Part shown: piece after piece, positions 14,781-28,065 of the stretch | Layout: every line of letters begins with the position of its first letter | How positions within the stretch are numbered: the first letter of the stretch is position 1 | Origin: Podarcis melisellensis | Taxonomy: Eukaryota | Strand: one strand, 5' to 3' | NCBI GenBank assembly: GCA_964234715.1 | Contig: OZ174287.1 | DNA: 64,000 nucleotides | Translations under genes and position numbers: made by a program | The notes under the pieces: model-generated | The model's database searches: none | What the model saw: only the letters and a program-made list of their open reading frames with translations | What the model was told of the DNA's origin: nothing

Positions 14781-15164
14781 GTAGGTTGCATTAAGACATC
14801 CTTTTCTCCTTAAAGGATCTGTATTCTCTCCCCACCCCCACCCTCTGCATCCCTTGCCTGTAAACAAATCCTGTCTTTTATACAGTGTTGAGTAACCATG
14901 TAAGTTTCCTGCATGGTTGGCCAGTAAGTTTCCTTGAGCAGCTGCTAAATATATCTGTTTAGAAGTTTTTAATTGTAGAAGCAGAACATATACTGATTGC
15001 ATGGGGGCAAGTTCATATACTCCCAGTGGTTTCTGAAATTCCTAGGCAGAGTTTGGAGGGGCAGCAGGGTGAAATCTAAAAGTGAGGATGCTTTAAAACT
15101 GAATGGTAGTAAATGTGCTCCTTGAGAAATTGATTTTTAATCATTTTAAAATCATTCTTTCCAG

Positions 15165-15221
15165 GTATATGTAACTGTTTTGAAGCACGGTGACAGTACA
15201 ACCTTAGACACTATGCTAAAG
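15165..15221 (+). CDS. NPEPPS: NPEPPS exon ~19: VYVTVLKHGDSTTLDTMLK
   Basis: tttccag / gtgagt; 57 nt. Confidence 0.95.
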
Positions 15222-16544
15222 GTGAGTGTGTTCTTTGCATTTCTGTGCATGAAAAAATACAGGGAAGAATCCATCTATAAATGAATGTGATGAGCCCAGG
15301 TCGGTAATGCATTAATGATCAAGGGCACAGGTGTTTTGAATATTTGGCATTTTGATAGTGTGTTCTTTTTTGTTCTGTCCCATGTGAACAGTAGTTGCCC
15401 TTAATAATGCTCACTTCAGTTCAGCAGGAGAGATTTTTAAATGCTCTTGAACCTCTCCCATTGAAATGAATGGGATTAAAAAGCCCCATTTGTTACACAG
15501 GTATGCGCACACAAATTGAAATGATTCTTTTGAATTTAGTCCTATTAATATTAATCCTTCAAAATGGGTAAGATATCAGTACCATAAATTCAAATAAATA
15601 TAAAGCCTAGAAGATTCACAAAGTCCCTGGGAGAGCTGTAATCATGTCTACGAAGTTGACAAAAAGAGCTTGCACGTCATAACCAAATGGTTATTTTTCT
15701 CTTGGCGGCTTTGATTTTCTTAAAAACCATAGAGCAATGTAGCTTAGACTACCCTGGATTCTGGCCCATCCCATTCCATGGAAATTGTGCTTTGGGCTAT
15801 AATGGCCTCTGGTCACCTATTAATTCCAGTGACCATCAAAACACTCCATAGCAACTGTTTCCACAGGTGGTTCATGTGCTGGGAGAGCAAATTGCTTTGC
15901 AGTGTCAAGAGGAGGATGCAAAAGTTTTTTTTAAGAATGGGTTTTTCCTGATACTCTTGCACTGTATGGCACAGCTGTTGATGTTTGCCATGTTCTGTGT
16001 TTCCCCCCCATCTTTTCAAGCTTAAACTCCAGTTGCGTCAGCATTTTTTCACAGGAAGATTATTCATCTCTCAGATCATACTGAGTGGCTTTTCTTATAC
16101 CTTGCAGCCAGCTGTATTTGCTCCTGCAGAAGAGCTCCGATCTAAGTAACATGTTACCCCTATATGAAGGGCCTGGCCATGAACACACTTTGAAAAAAGA
16201 CAAGCAGTTCAGTTAAATATAGGTAGCACTGCAGGTTACAGTATTTGGAAATGGCTCTCATTTCACTACCGCATGGAGCTAGGGTGCCTCCTAGTGGCTC
16301 TGTTGCCATTTCAAATGTGCAGTTATTCGGAAGTGCGGCCTCTGTTTGACCCCCACTAAACTAAGTGGCAAATATTCCTGTGTGGATTACCCGTTGGCCA
16401 TGCTCCCAGAGGCTGAGCAGGTTTGCCAGCGTACCACATGTCAGGTTTCTAATTTAGCTTCACTGACTTGAGCTTGAAGCAGAGAGGGTGATTGCTTGTG
16501 GCAGAGAAAGAGCCTTGTCACTTGCTCTGTTTGATTTCTTTCAG

Positions 16545-16652
16545 CTCCACAAGCAAGCTGATATGCAGGAAGAGAAGAACCGAATAGAACGTGTACTTGG
16601 CGCAATATCTCAGCCGGAGTTAATACAGAAAGTTCTCACTTTTGCACTTTCA
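16545..16652 (+). CDS. NPEPPS: NPEPPS exon ~20: LHKQADMQEEKNRIERVLGAISQPELIQKVLTFALS
   Basis: ctttcag / gtgagt; 108 nt. Confidence 0.96.
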
Positions 16653-16807
16653 GTGAGTAACCAACAAAATGCTCAGTTGTGTGTGTCCCATGCATCGGAA
16701 GTTGCATAAACATGGAATTACCGGGTGCCTGTTTTCGAGATCTTGGGAATCTTGGTTTACATTTTTTTACTTTGATTGCTTCTATCATACACATCAAAAT
16801 CAATGTA

Positions 16808-17281
16808 CAGTGGTACCTTGGTTCTCAAACTTAATCGGTTTCGGAAGTCAATTCCAAAACCAAAGCATTCCAAAACCAAGGCACACTTTCCCATAGAAAG
16901 TAAAGCAAAATGGATTAATCCGTTCCAGACTTTTAAAAACAAACCTCTAAAACAGCAATTTAACATGAATTTTATTATCTAACGAGACCATTGATCCATA
17001 AAATGAAAGCAGTAAACAATGTACTGCAGTCACACAATCAATCAATCAATCAGTAGCTGAACTGGGTTCCACACAGTCACAAAAAAGCTACAAAAACGCA
17101 AAATAAATAGTAAAAACAGACAGACCTCAGCGTAACACTCAAAACGGAAGTGTGGCACTCAAAACGGTGCACACTTGGCTTCCGAAAAAGTTCGCAAACC
17201 CGAACACCTATTTCTGGGTTTACAGTGTTTGGATTCCAAGTTGTTTGAGTACCAAGGCGTTTGAGAACCATGGTACCACTG
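16808..17281. mobile_element. Tc1/mariner (Tigger/pogo-like) MITE
   Basis: TIRs CAGTGGTACCTTGGTTCTCAAAC / GTTTGAGAACCATGGTACCACTG flanked by TA on both sides. Confidence 0.88.
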
Positions 17282-18420
17282 TACTACAAATACATATTGT
17301 ATATTCCTAAATGATTACTGGTATTCTCACAAGACTCAAAATCCTCACGCCACAGCACAATACCTCATTTTTAAAGAAAAGTTAGTTAACGTTGGCTTGG
17401 AACATATATGCCCAGCTTGATGACAAAGAAACCAAAGGGAAATTGAGCAGCAATTGGTACATCACTTGCCCTGCATATCTCCCACAGCCATAAAATTAAT
17501 GCAAAATAAGCTGAAAAGAAAGAGACAGAGGGAGGAGCAATGGCACAAAGCTGCAAGAGGTGTAAAGAGTGCAAAGCAGGTTCAGAGTGGTTGGCCTCTT
17601 TGCCCCTGTATTTTTTCAGAATTGGATCACTCATCAGGCGTATGTCAATATCTTCCTCTGTATGTCTGAGAACTAGCAACTTGTTTGAACTAAAGAAAAT
17701 GTGTGTGGTAGTGGTAGGCTTGCACTAGTAGTTTACTGCGGTTTACTGCTGAGTGTTCCATTGTAGGCCGGTTCACGTGTGGCCACTGATACCTTGGAAG
17801 ATTAATCAGTGGTTGCTGCTGTTTTCCTCTGGGTGCTTGAAAGAGACTGGATTGCCTAGGAGTAGAATCTTCAGTCTGAATGTAGAGAAGTGTGGGATAC
17901 TTGCAGCTTCACAGGCTTAAATGACTGAGAAATAGCAACAATTGCATCTCCTCTGGAATGGCCATGTGGCCATTACAGAATTGAAATATTTACTGCTGAA
18001 ACTGGCTGTGGGAATAGTCCGTTGCTGTTAGAATGCCCCCCTGCTCCACAGTATGGTTGATTAATACACATGGGGCTGCCACCGAAACCAGCCATCCCAT
18101 ACCATTCCCCTTCCTTCTGCTTCTAACATCTAGTTATAGCAGTGAATACAGTGCAGCAGTGAGGCCCAAGAGGCCTGGCTAGTACTGCCATCAACGGAGG
18201 GTGTGTCCTGGAAGACTTCCCAGGATCCTTTGCAACACAGAGAAGCAGGCAAGTGAGTTAAATGAAGCAAGAATATCTGAATGCTGCTTCCCCAGACTAG
18301 TTAAGTAGGCAAGCTGGTGCTGCAGCTGCACGTGATGGCATCTCTTGGATGGTGCGTGGGGAACTTAAATGTGGATTCAAGGCTGCTAGAATTACCTGCA
18401 ATTTCTTACTCCATTTGCAG

Positions 18421-18576
18421 GAAGAGGTACGTCCTCAGGACACAGTATCTGTCATTGGTGGAGTGGCCGGAGGCAGCAAGCAGGGCAGGAAAGCTGCCTG
18501 GAAGTTTGTCAGAGACAACTGGGAGGAACTCTATAATCGCTACCAAGGAGGGTTCTTAATATCCCGGCTAATAAAG
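18421..18576 (+). CDS. NPEPPS: NPEPPS exon ~21: EEVRPQDTVSVIGGVAGG...GGFLISRLIK
   Basis: tttgcag / gtgcgc; 156 nt. Confidence 0.96.
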
Positions 18577-18676
18577 GTGCGCACACAAAAAGTTTTGACT
18601 ACAGTAGTCATTGAAAATACGAGGCTTTAAAAAGTTCCCTCCCCTCCTGATTTATTGTGCATTCCTTGTTTTTCAG

Positions 18677-18724
18677 CTATCGGTGGATGGATTTGCAATT
18701 GACAAAATGGCTGCAGAGGTTAAG
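18677..18724 (+). CDS. NPEPPS: NPEPPS exon ~22: LSVDGFAIDKMAAEVK
   Basis: ttttcag / gtaaga; 48 nt. Confidence 0.95.
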
Positions 18725-19328
18725 GTAAGACAGTCTGATCTGCATCTTGGCTGATGGCATTGCCAGGGCCTGTGCATTTAGAGGCCAATAAAGGGGTGAT
18801 ATGCCTGACCTAATTCCTCTGTGCACACTGTTGGGGCATCCTCATTGTGGGAGGGAGTAGGGGCAAGGACAAATATATGTCAGAGCAAGGTATTCTAGAA
18901 CTCTCTTTCCTGACTTGGCATTCTCCCGATAAATAAAAACAAGTGTGCAAAGAAGCCAATCGATGTGAATTGATTTTGTCTTATGTAAGGGTTGAATGAC
19001 CAAACCCCTAACCAAGGAAATTGCCATGGTTACAGACTCTTGACTTTTTCTTTAAAAACCATCAGTTTTAAGCACGTTACACTATAGGGAGAGTTCTTTC
19101 CCCCAGGGTTGTGCTGCAGAGGGATTAATTGGCTAGCATATCACAATGAAGGGAGCACAGAATAGTTGGGGGTCATAAACCACTGTCACTCAAAGTGTTG
19201 GGACATTTAAGTTGCCTGTTGCACTGTTCTACCGCCCATGGTGGGGGTCACTGAATTATACCAGGGTAAAGCTAGGATTTAACTATAGCTGTCTCAGATA
19301 ACACACAGAAATACTACTACTAGTACTA

Positions 19329-19567
19329 CAACAACAACAACAACAACAACATATTTATACCCAGCCCATTTGGCTGGGTTTCCCCGCCACTTTGGGTGGC
19401 TCCCAATAGAATATTAAAAACACGATAAAACATCAGACATTATAAACTTCCCTAAACAGGGTTGCCGTCAGATGTCTTCTAAAACTCAGATAGTTGTTTA
19501 TTTCCTTGACATCTGATGGGAGGGCGTTCCACAGGGCGGGTGCCACTACCAAGAAGTCCCTCTGCCC
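19329..19567 (-). mobile_element. 3' end of an L2-type LINE with (TTG)n tail
   Basis: (ACA)n run on +, then the typical L2 3' region (gggagggcgttccacagggcggg...); family call by resemblance only. Confidence 0.6.
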
Positions 19568-19871
19568 TAGTCTGAGTCCAAATCAGAGAGAGATTTGGAG
19601 GCAATGGCATTTGGGGTTATTATAGTGATCAAGACCTGGTAAACCTCACTTGGTCTGTGGAAGTGCATATTGAATGTGCTCTACATATTCTTCAGCAGTC
19701 TGCAAGGCCCCGATGAACACTGTTCAAACCTTAGCAAAGATTGATTTTGCTAATTAGTTCTGTGTGAAAACTAGCCCCATACCCACATTTCTATGTAGTT
19801 TGATTGTCCTGAAATGGATGAATATATGCCAGAATATATTTATCGTTTTGCTGTCCTCTATACATCACCTT

Positions 19872-20205
19872 GGGTACTTGAAGGTGGCGCTGTGGTCTAA
19901 ACCACTGAGCCTCTTGCGCTTGCCGATCAGACGGTCGGCCGTTCGAATCCATGCAGCAGGGTGAGCTCCCCTTGCTCTGTCCCAGCTCCTGCCAACCTAG
20001 CAGTTCGAAAGCACACCACTGTAAGTAGATAAATAGGCACCGCTGCGGTGGGAAAGTAGATGGCTTTTCCGTGCGCTCTGGTTTCCGTCAGTGTCCCGTT
20101 GCCCAGGAGCGGTTTAGTCATGCTGGCCACATTACCTGGAATGCTGTCTGTGGACAAATGCCAGCTCCCTTTGCCTGAAAGCGAGATAGTGCTTTACTTT
20201 TTTAC
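19872..20205 (+). mobile_element. Sauria SINE, older and internally deleted
   Basis: Homologous to the copies at 3697 and 9796 (ggtggcgctgtggtctaaacc...gttcgaatcc...gtagataaatagg). Confidence 0.85.
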
Positions 20206-20600
20206 CTGCTTGAATAAGCATAAGGACAATTTATTGTTACAAAAAAACCAAAAAACTATCTATGGCTGTAAACTTAACACCTGCCTTTCTCCCTGGGAGT
20301 ATAGGATATCTTCTCACTGTGGCAACATAGAAAAATCAAGACAATTTAAAGCAGAAACTTGCAAAAGCATTTAGCCGCCTTAATGGTAAACGTGCTCTGG
20401 GTTGCATCCAGGTACACATGCCCAACTGAGCAGTCCCTGTTCTTGTAGTTAGGTTCTGCTTTTTTTGCCCACCTTGTATTTAAAAAAACACACACCCTAA
20501 ACTTTTATTTCCTGTGGAACTGAGACCTCTATCCTAAGATTCAAACTTATTAAAATGACATATATGGAACTCCTAGTGGATGTTGTTTCGTTTTATATAG

Positions 20601-20753
20601 GCTTTCTTTGAGAGTCACCCAGCTCCGTCAGCTGAGCGCACCATCCAGCAGTGCTGTGAAAACATTCTGTTGAACGCTGCATGGCTGAAGCGCGATGCCG
20701 AAAATCTGCACCAGTACCTCCTGCAGCGCAAGGCCTCACCGACTGCTGTGTGA
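20601..20753 (+). CDS. NPEPPS: NPEPPS last exon CDS: AFFESHPAPSAERTIQQCCENILLNAAWLKRDAENLHQYLLQRKASPTAV*
   Basis: tatatag acceptor; TGA at 20751-20753. Confidence 0.97.
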   Translation, partial: AFFESHPAPSAERTIQQCCENILLNAAWLKRDAENLHQYLLQRKASPTAV

Positions 20754-20994
20754 GCCCACCCTCACCCACCTCTGACATCCCAACTGCTGTGGCCCAACTG
20801 CCTCGGTGCGAGGAGGAGGAGCTGCTACCCGACAGCTGAATCATACGCCAAGGAAATTGGAGTCTTTTCTCAAACCAAGGGGATTGGACAATGAATGTAG
20901 TTAACTGGTTCCTGCTCACACTCCAAAACTAAATTCTATTAAAAAAATTATCAACAATTCAGCAAAAACAGAAACACCCTGTAAATATAATGGT

Positions 20995-21000
20995 AATAAA
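20995..21000 (+). terminator. Candidate proximal poly(A) signal of NPEPPS (AATAAA)
   Basis: First AATAAA after the stop codon; further AATAAA near 21557-21569 and at 21624-21629. Confidence 0.5.
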
Positions 21001-21623
21001 ATAGAGGATAACAAAACTGTGAAACTTCCTTAAGCCTTGTCAGTGGTCAAAATATTTAACACCCCTCCTTTCTTTACACTTACTGATGATTTTTTAACCA
21101 TCCCTCTCCCATTTTCTAAAAAAAAAAAAAAAAAAAAGAAGCAGAAGCAGGGAAACCAGTGGTTTCTAGGCAAGTTGAATTCTGTGGCACGTCGAGGGCA
21201 GGAATAGGTTAATGCCTCTGAGCACGCCAGAGAGCACACTACAAGACAGCAAAAACATGTACGTGTTTTGTGGATTGGTTCAATAATGAAAGGCAGCTTG
21301 GCACACAACCCAGTGGGTAGTGCCGAGTTGGGTGTTTCTGGAGATGTCCTGTAATCTCAGATTATATTTGAAGGCTTGTAAGAGTCCTGCCCTTCCCAAT
21401 CTCTTGTCTCACTATCTTTTGAGGGAAGGAGAAATCAAATGTTCTGTCTCTGCCTGCCCCTCTCTTCTTTTGATTTCATTTGCTGATGTCCTTCTTAGAG
21501 ATTTAAAAAAAAAACACAACCCTGTATGAAAACATATTTTTCAGCCACATGAAAAAAAATAAAAATAAACAATTCATGCCACCTTTTTCTCATTCTTTAA
21601 ATTATATCCTCCCACTGCATGCA

Positions 21624-21629
21624 AATAAA
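21624..21629 (+). terminator. Candidate distal poly(A) signal of NPEPPS (AATAAA)
   Basis: AATAAA about 870 nt after the stop codon; usage cannot be verified from sequence. Confidence 0.4.
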
Positions 21630-24576
21630 GATTTAGTACTGTGACTGGATCCTTCTGGGCCGCTGTTATGGCTGGCCCCCTTTATGCATAACACTGTAGT
21701 TTGTCTGAAAGACTCACCCTGTTTGAAAACCAAAACACCGCCCCTAAATACCTTGTGACTGCAGCTTTCCAACCCCCCCCCCTTTCTTTGGTGACGTTTG
21801 GTAATTTGATTCAGAAGCCTTAAAACTTGTACTAGCTGGCATGATGATGAAATTCTAAGTTGTGTGCCATCAGTTGCTTACCAGAGTAGCATGTTCCTGC
21901 TAACCAGATTTCAAACCCGACACCACTCCTCCCACAGACGTTTACAGTTCCCTTTTTTAAAAAGCACCTTTTTAAAAAGGAATTCATATTTGGTGTGGCT
22001 TTAACTGTTATTTCAGAAGGTCATCAGATACTAGCTGTCAAACTGCTTCCCTGGAAACACATTTTTTGTGCTATTGTTTTAAAAGAAAAACAAAAGGAAA
22101 AAAAATCAGACAAGTTGGCGTTAATAAAAAGGAAAGTCAATGTGAAACTGAAGAGTCTTGGTTTTGGTATGTGTGTGTTGGTGGAAAAGCTGGAAACTGA
22201 CTTTTTTTTTGTACGTACCTTGGGCTGTCTTGCCATGACACTGAATCCCTTTTGATGGGCTGTAATATGCAAGGATGAGGGTCTTCCCTATTTATCTTTA
22301 ATTCTGCTATCACTTGAAAGGCTTCAGAGCCAGAGGTCACTCTGCAATGCCACAAAGTCAGGTGGCTGCATCATGTGAGAGATTTTGGGTGTCATTAATG
22401 GTAGCATAGGTGGAATAAAGTACACAACCTATGGGGCACAAAGCACTGGGACTTTCTCTTGCACAAGCCCCATTGAAATAATTCAGCTCTTTGACAGCTC
22501 ATATTGATGTCAGTAGGGCTGCTGCGGGGGAAATTTCCAATGGTTTGTGTTTCATGTTAATTAGCAAGCGTGTGATTTTTTTGCATTTCATTTTAATGGA
22601 GCTTGCACAGGAGAACTGCTTAGTGGAATGTGCTATTTGCACTTTTTTCTGTTACAATACATGAAACTTAAATAATGACTTGCCTCATGGATGTCAGTAA
22701 AATCTAAATTCAGCCAGCAAGTCTAGATCCAGCTACATGTATTGGATCATCCGTGTGGCTACAAAAAGGCAGGCTTGGGGAAGGAATTGGGAGGGTGCTG
22801 GCTGGGTCCTAGAGTCCGCCGCCGCCTCCACAAAGCCTACTAAGTGCTTCTGCTCCTTTGGGAAGGAGGAGGGCGGGCTCTAGGACCCTGCCAGAGTCCC
22901 TTCTCCTTCCCAAAGCCCTGCATCTTGCTTACTACTAGGGCTCTGGGATGCTTCCAGAGCCCTCATACCGCCTTCCAAAAGGGAGGTAAGCCCATTATTG
23001 TAGCTTTGTGCAGGTGTGTGTGTGTGGTGGGGGGAATAATTAAATTGAGAGAGGGTTTCCTCCTATCTCCATTTATTTATTTCTTAACACACTGCATAAA
23101 GCTGTGATTGCATAAGTAAAATAAGCATAAGAAGCGGGTTACCTATATTCCATGTGACGATTCTGTTCTGGCTGCCGCTGTGGTTGTTTGTATGAAAGCT
23201 GTCTCACAGAAATGCAGGGATCACTAACCTTTGGTTCAGAGGCCTGATCTGGCCCCTCAAGCAAATGCTTTTGACACCCACTTCCCACCTTCCTGATTTT
23301 GGTGAAAATCTGCCCAGCCTAGCATCCTGACGTGGATGTGTTTCTATCCTGTTTACCGCTCTGAGATCTTTTGAAGGAAGGCAGTATATAAATCTAATAA
23401 TAAATTGCCTCCTCCCATCATCAACTCATTTATTTGATGAGTGGGTAGGGGGCGTTCAGCCCTCTCAACTGATCTGCATGAATCTCCTTTGGAGGGGTGT
23501 GGTGTGTGGGTGTGTAAGAGAGAGAAAGAATATGTGACTGGCATGTGGCCTCAGAGGGTTGGCTAAAGAGAAATGCATTCCTTGAACCAAGAAACATCAC
23601 CCACCCCTGAATTAGAGGTTAGACATATTTCAAAAGCCATAGACTGTTAGGAGTTGAGCATGCACATTCCACTCTAAGGGGGAGATGTCTTTAAATGGGT
23701 ATCTGCACTTTAATGTGGAGAGAGGGATGAGAACCACATACCTATTGTGCAACACACTGTCAAGGAACCTTTATTAACACAGTGTTATGTTACAAAAGTT
23801 GATGTCTACCTACCTGGCTCTTGTTGCCTTGCAGAACAAAGCAGCAAGGAATTAACCATTGGCATTGACTATTGACCCACCCCCTAATCACTAAGCATTT
23901 GTGCCTGTGTTGCTTTTTACGGGCCTTTTGAAGAGGTTTGTGGGTGGGCTGCCCTAGTTAACACTTTCACACTTAATGCTGCAACTTGATACTGCGTTGT
24001 CAAGTCTTGAGGTTAGACACTGTGAGCCAGTTGATTACCTCCTAATCTGTCACCTGGTTCAGCTGCCACCTCCTAAATGGTGTTGAGCCATATACATCCT
24101 GTGCCAGCTTTCTTTGAACACACGCTCTGAAGTGCTATTTTGAAAAACATGACATTGTGCTGGATCAAACACTCTTAACCTTGCATGTAACCTTCACTGC
24201 CCTTCAGATGCCTGAGCTGGAATTTAGGGCCCAGGAACATACTTGGAACAAAATTAGCAGGTCCTTAATGGTGGGAGGACACCTCAGCCTTCTTCATAAC
24301 CAAGTTGGCTGTGGCACCTTCCAGCCTACTAGTTCAAACAAGCATTCCTCCTTCTGTCCAGTCTGTGTTCTCCATAACTTCACATTCTGTGGCCACCTAT
24401 GGCTTAGTGATGGTGCTCCCACTGACTTCCTTTCTTCACTAGTGTTCAGCTATTGCCTTCAGCTCAAGCATGTGCCTAGAGCAAACAAAGGGAAGATGAA
24501 AGACAGCTTCTTTTTTACAGACTAGGTTAGCATTTGGTTTTTAAGTTTTATGGAACATCTGTCATGTATGATCTAG

Positions 24577-24654
24577 TTGAGATCCCTGCATTGCAGGGAG
24601 TTTGACGACGACCCTCGCAATCCCTTCTGACTCTACAAGTCTATGATTCTATGA
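24577..24654 (+). mobile_element. CR1 LINE extreme 3' end
   Basis: Ends in the (ATTCTATG)n-type tail characteristic of CR1. Confidence 0.7.
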
Positions 24655-25194
24655 ATGCTCAGGAGCTGCACCTCTAATCAAGATAATTGTTTATGGACCA
24701 TCAGGCTGGCTAAATTATCTTAGATGAAATTAAGTTCATTGATTTTTCTTTAGCCCTGGCTGTGGATTTCAGTTATTTCTAATGCTTGGGTCTTTAGTTA
24801 TGGTACCTCAAATTTAAAGGATGCTGAAATCTTATATTGATGCACTCTGAAATGTACCTTGCATTACACAGCCACCCCACCTGATTCCAAAATTTGTACT
24901 CGCTTTCTCTAAAATTGTCAAGATGGCTTCCCTGAGCTCATGGAACAATGAGAGACCACTTGCTTCTCAGAACCCATCTTGCATGTGTTTACATTTGGGC
25001 AAAGTTCTCGTCCAAGGGTCCATTTGGGTAATAGTGTAAGGAAGCATGGTGGTGCAGTTGAAGCACATGTAGTTTGTGCATAAAATGTTCCAGGCTCAAT
25101 CCCTGGCATCTCTAGATAGACTGGGAAATACCCTGCTTAAATATTAAGTGTGGATGTGGGGAAGGGAGAGAGAAATAACCTGGCGACTAAATTA

Positions 25195-25402
25195 CAGTTG
25201 TACCTTGGATCTCAAAATGCCTTGGCTCCCGAACAACCAAAACCCGGAAGTGAGTGTTTTGGTTTTCAAATGATTTTCGGAAACCGAATGTCCGGCACAG
25301 CTTCCACAGCTTCTGATTGGCTGCAGGGCTCTCCTGCAGCCAATCGGAAGCTGCACCTTGGTTTTTGAATGGTTCTGGGAGTTGAGAACCAAGGTACGAC
25401 TG
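25195..25402. mobile_element. Tc1/mariner-type MITE (related to the element at 16808)
   Basis: TA-flanked TIRs CAGTTGTACCTTGG / CCAAGGTACGACTG; internal palindrome ttctgattggctgcagg..cctgcagccaatcggaa. Confidence 0.85.
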
Positions 25403-25732
25403 TACAGCCATTTCTCCCTTCGGGGGAAAAATACACAAGTGGGGTAACATAGCTTGCATAGTGGTTTCCAATCACCGCTTACCTGGCCAGGGTATCTAGG
25501 CTTCAGATGGTGATCTTAACACCCAGGCTGCTGCAAAGATCTAGTCTTTGCAGACTACTAGATCTACTCTTGTATCTAGTCCCAAGCAGCATTGGACTTC
25601 AAAGGAAGTCACTAGCACTTTGAATTTTGATTGGAATTGGACTTTGAATTTTGAATTTGAATTTTGATTGAAATACGGTTAAGCTCCTGGTGACCAGTCC
25701 TAGTTAGGAGCCTTCCACATATATTCTGAACT

Positions 25733-25884
25733 GGAAGGGCTGTAGCTTAGTGGAAGAGCACCTGCTTACATGCAGAAGATCCCAGGTTGGATCCTGGACA
25801 TCTGTAGGTAGGTGTGCCAGTATGTGCAGCGTATACTGACTTGCAATGGTTTGATTCAGCAAAAGGCAGCTTCCTATCTTCCTA
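25733..25884 (+). mobile_element. Degenerate tRNA-derived SINE with CR1-like tail (Squam2-like); a second head fragment lies at about 25040-25140
   Basis: A-box-like tagcttagtgg, degenerate B box, tail ggcagcttcctatcttccta. Confidence 0.55.
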
Positions 25885-27728
25885 ATTAACCGAAGTTGTC
25901 AAGCCTTAAATGGCAGCCCTATAAACAACGGTCTTATCTTAGAAGCAGCCAGAATGTGGATAATCATGGGTAGACTGTATCCAAGGAGATGTTGCAAGTA
26001 GCACACAAAAGACTTTGGCTGAAGTTAATTCAACAAAGAAATATTCCACCAAGCCTATCGGACACCAGCATGTTTTATGTGACTGAGCATTTTGTCCACA
26101 GATGGATGCAGAAGGTGTTTGTGTGACCACCAGCAGAATTGACACACCTCTTCTGGGAATACCCTTCATTTCCTGGAGAAATGGGAGGCACAGCACGCAA
26201 CTGCTGGAACTTTTATTCTCCACTCCTTACCTGATATACACCTAACCACTGCATGACTTGATGAATGAATGACAGGCAAAAAATGAAAATGCTGCTGTGA
26301 AGTAAGTTAAGTGCTTGGGGCAGCATGGCAGGCAGGCAAAGAGAGACAGGTGGTCTGCGTTAATGTAAAAGAGTGAAAACTTCAATAAACTATTAATTAC
26401 CAAAGAAAGAAAAACAGTATTCTAGACACACCCACAACTGAAAAGCAAAAGTGTCGAAATCATGATAGTTATGGGCCACTTTCTGCTGTCACTCTGGGCT
26501 TCTCTGATATCGTCCTGTGCTCCAAGATATAGTAAACACCAAACCACTCAGAAATGCTACCCTAAAAAACAATTTGATGGAGTATAGCTGCTTGATAACC
26601 ATAAAGCAGGCTTGATAAGTAGTTATTCCTTGCGTCTTGCCAAATTTGCTTCAACTTTATGTCCCTTGACTTCTGATAATCCCTCCCATCCTGCTAAACT
26701 GCCTCTAGCTCACTGTCAAACTAAGGAGCCGATTGAGCTTAGGTAATGTCTACCACTCGGGTTATCTCTCTTTCCCAGAGAGTGACCAGATCTTCAACAG
26801 GAAGGCCAAATATCAACAAGAAACTTTCCAAGACCAGACATAAACCATTTGGCTTCCACAGGACTTCAGAGAAGACCATCCCAATTGGACTACTGCCCCT
26901 ACAAAGCAAATTAGCTGCTGCAAGCCAACCCTCCATCTCTGTGGTAGTAGTCTGACCCACCAACATTACTGAAAGCCACTCCACATTCAGAGACTAATTT
27001 TGTCAGCTTGGGTAAGGAGATGGTTAGGTAGTGGGTTGATTTGGTTGCCCAACACCAAGAAGTATGTGAAATTCAGGCTTAACTGGATCTGGATCCTGAT
27101 GAGGGAGAAAGAAATATCGGACTCCATGTGGCCAGTGGACAAAGATGATGGGAGCTGTTATCCAATAACATCCCTACCCATTCTAGATCCTAAAGCTTAT
27201 TTTGGTACTGTCCCAAGATCCCAGGTGAAATAACAGGAAGAAATCAACTCCCCGCCCCCATTCATCTACTCAGGTCTCAGTAACATGAGCCATGTTGACG
27301 CATTTATCCATGGTTATTAATAAATTGTAAGAGTTTCCTTATCCACTGATCTGGCACTGAGTGAAACACCAAATGAGTCCAGGGCAAGTTGGGCTGCTAA
27401 TGCTGTTGGAAGGATGAAGATGGGGATGAGAAGTGGGCCTTGTTCTGGAATTTCCAAACGCACCTGCTAGTTTAACTTTCATCACAAACTCCCCTTGCCT
27501 ATGACTACTGTAACAGAAGCACCCTTGCTCCTTCCCACGGAATCCACAGGGAAGTCCCAGAGCCATGCAAATAGATGTTATAAGGGAGTAAATTTTACTA
27601 ATGTGACACAGCAGCAGCAACTAATAAGTATAGAGTGTGTTATAAAGTGTGTAATAATCATAAAGCACTACTTGTGACATGAGATCTGGCCATGGTGATG
27701 CATGCCTTAGTTATATACCATGGACTTA

Positions 27729-28065
27729 CAGGCACGTCCAACTCTATAGAGACTGCGATCTACTCCCAGTATAATAAAACTGGCAATGATCTACCCATTG
27801 TCATTGCCCATATTGTCAAGAGAGACCAGAGTTGTTGAACTTTTTGGGGGGGAGGGTTGCATCAAATTGCTCAAGCAACAGTCTACAACTTTCCCTTCTT
27901 TCCCCCCACTGGGGGAAGCGCAACAATGGGACCTAGCGCCGGGGGAGGTGGGGCGTCATGATCGCTCAGGAGCAACTAGGCAATCTCTTCTTTAACTCCT
28001 GCGATCGACTGGGAGAACCCTGTCGATCTACCTGCCGTTTGCGGTCGACCGGTTGGACATTGCTG
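27729..28065. mobile_element. Putative hAT-like MITE
   Basis: Imperfect TIRs CAGGCACGTCCAAC / GTTGGACATTGCTG and repeated GATCTAC subterminal motifs; TSD not clean. Confidence 0.55.

Larger units (their letters stand above)
1500..20753 (+). other. NPEPPS: NPEPPS gene span, 3' portion (11 coding exons, about exons 13-23 by human numbering; 5' part lies upstream of the window)
   Basis: Eleven GT-AG exons with consistent phases splice to about 444 aa (EDLWESLEQSSGKPIAAVMNTW...QRKASPTAV*), matching the C-terminal half of the M1-family puromycin-sensitive aminopeptidase. Confidence 0.97.

Noticed and set aside
15288-15340. GTGATGA box-C-like motif in an NPEPPS intron
   Set aside because: No canonical D box, terminal stem or recognisable rRNA guide.
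20754-20894. Open frame continuing about 46 codons beyond the NPEPPS TGA (possible readthrough)
   Set aside because: The stop context TGA-G is not the leaky TGA-CTAG type; the length is compatible with chance.
25939-27233. Intergenic ORFs (69-94 aa) between NPEPPS and KPNB1, one near an acceptor-like tttcccag
   Set aside because: No recognisable homology, no consistent exon chain, and stops in the candidate frames.
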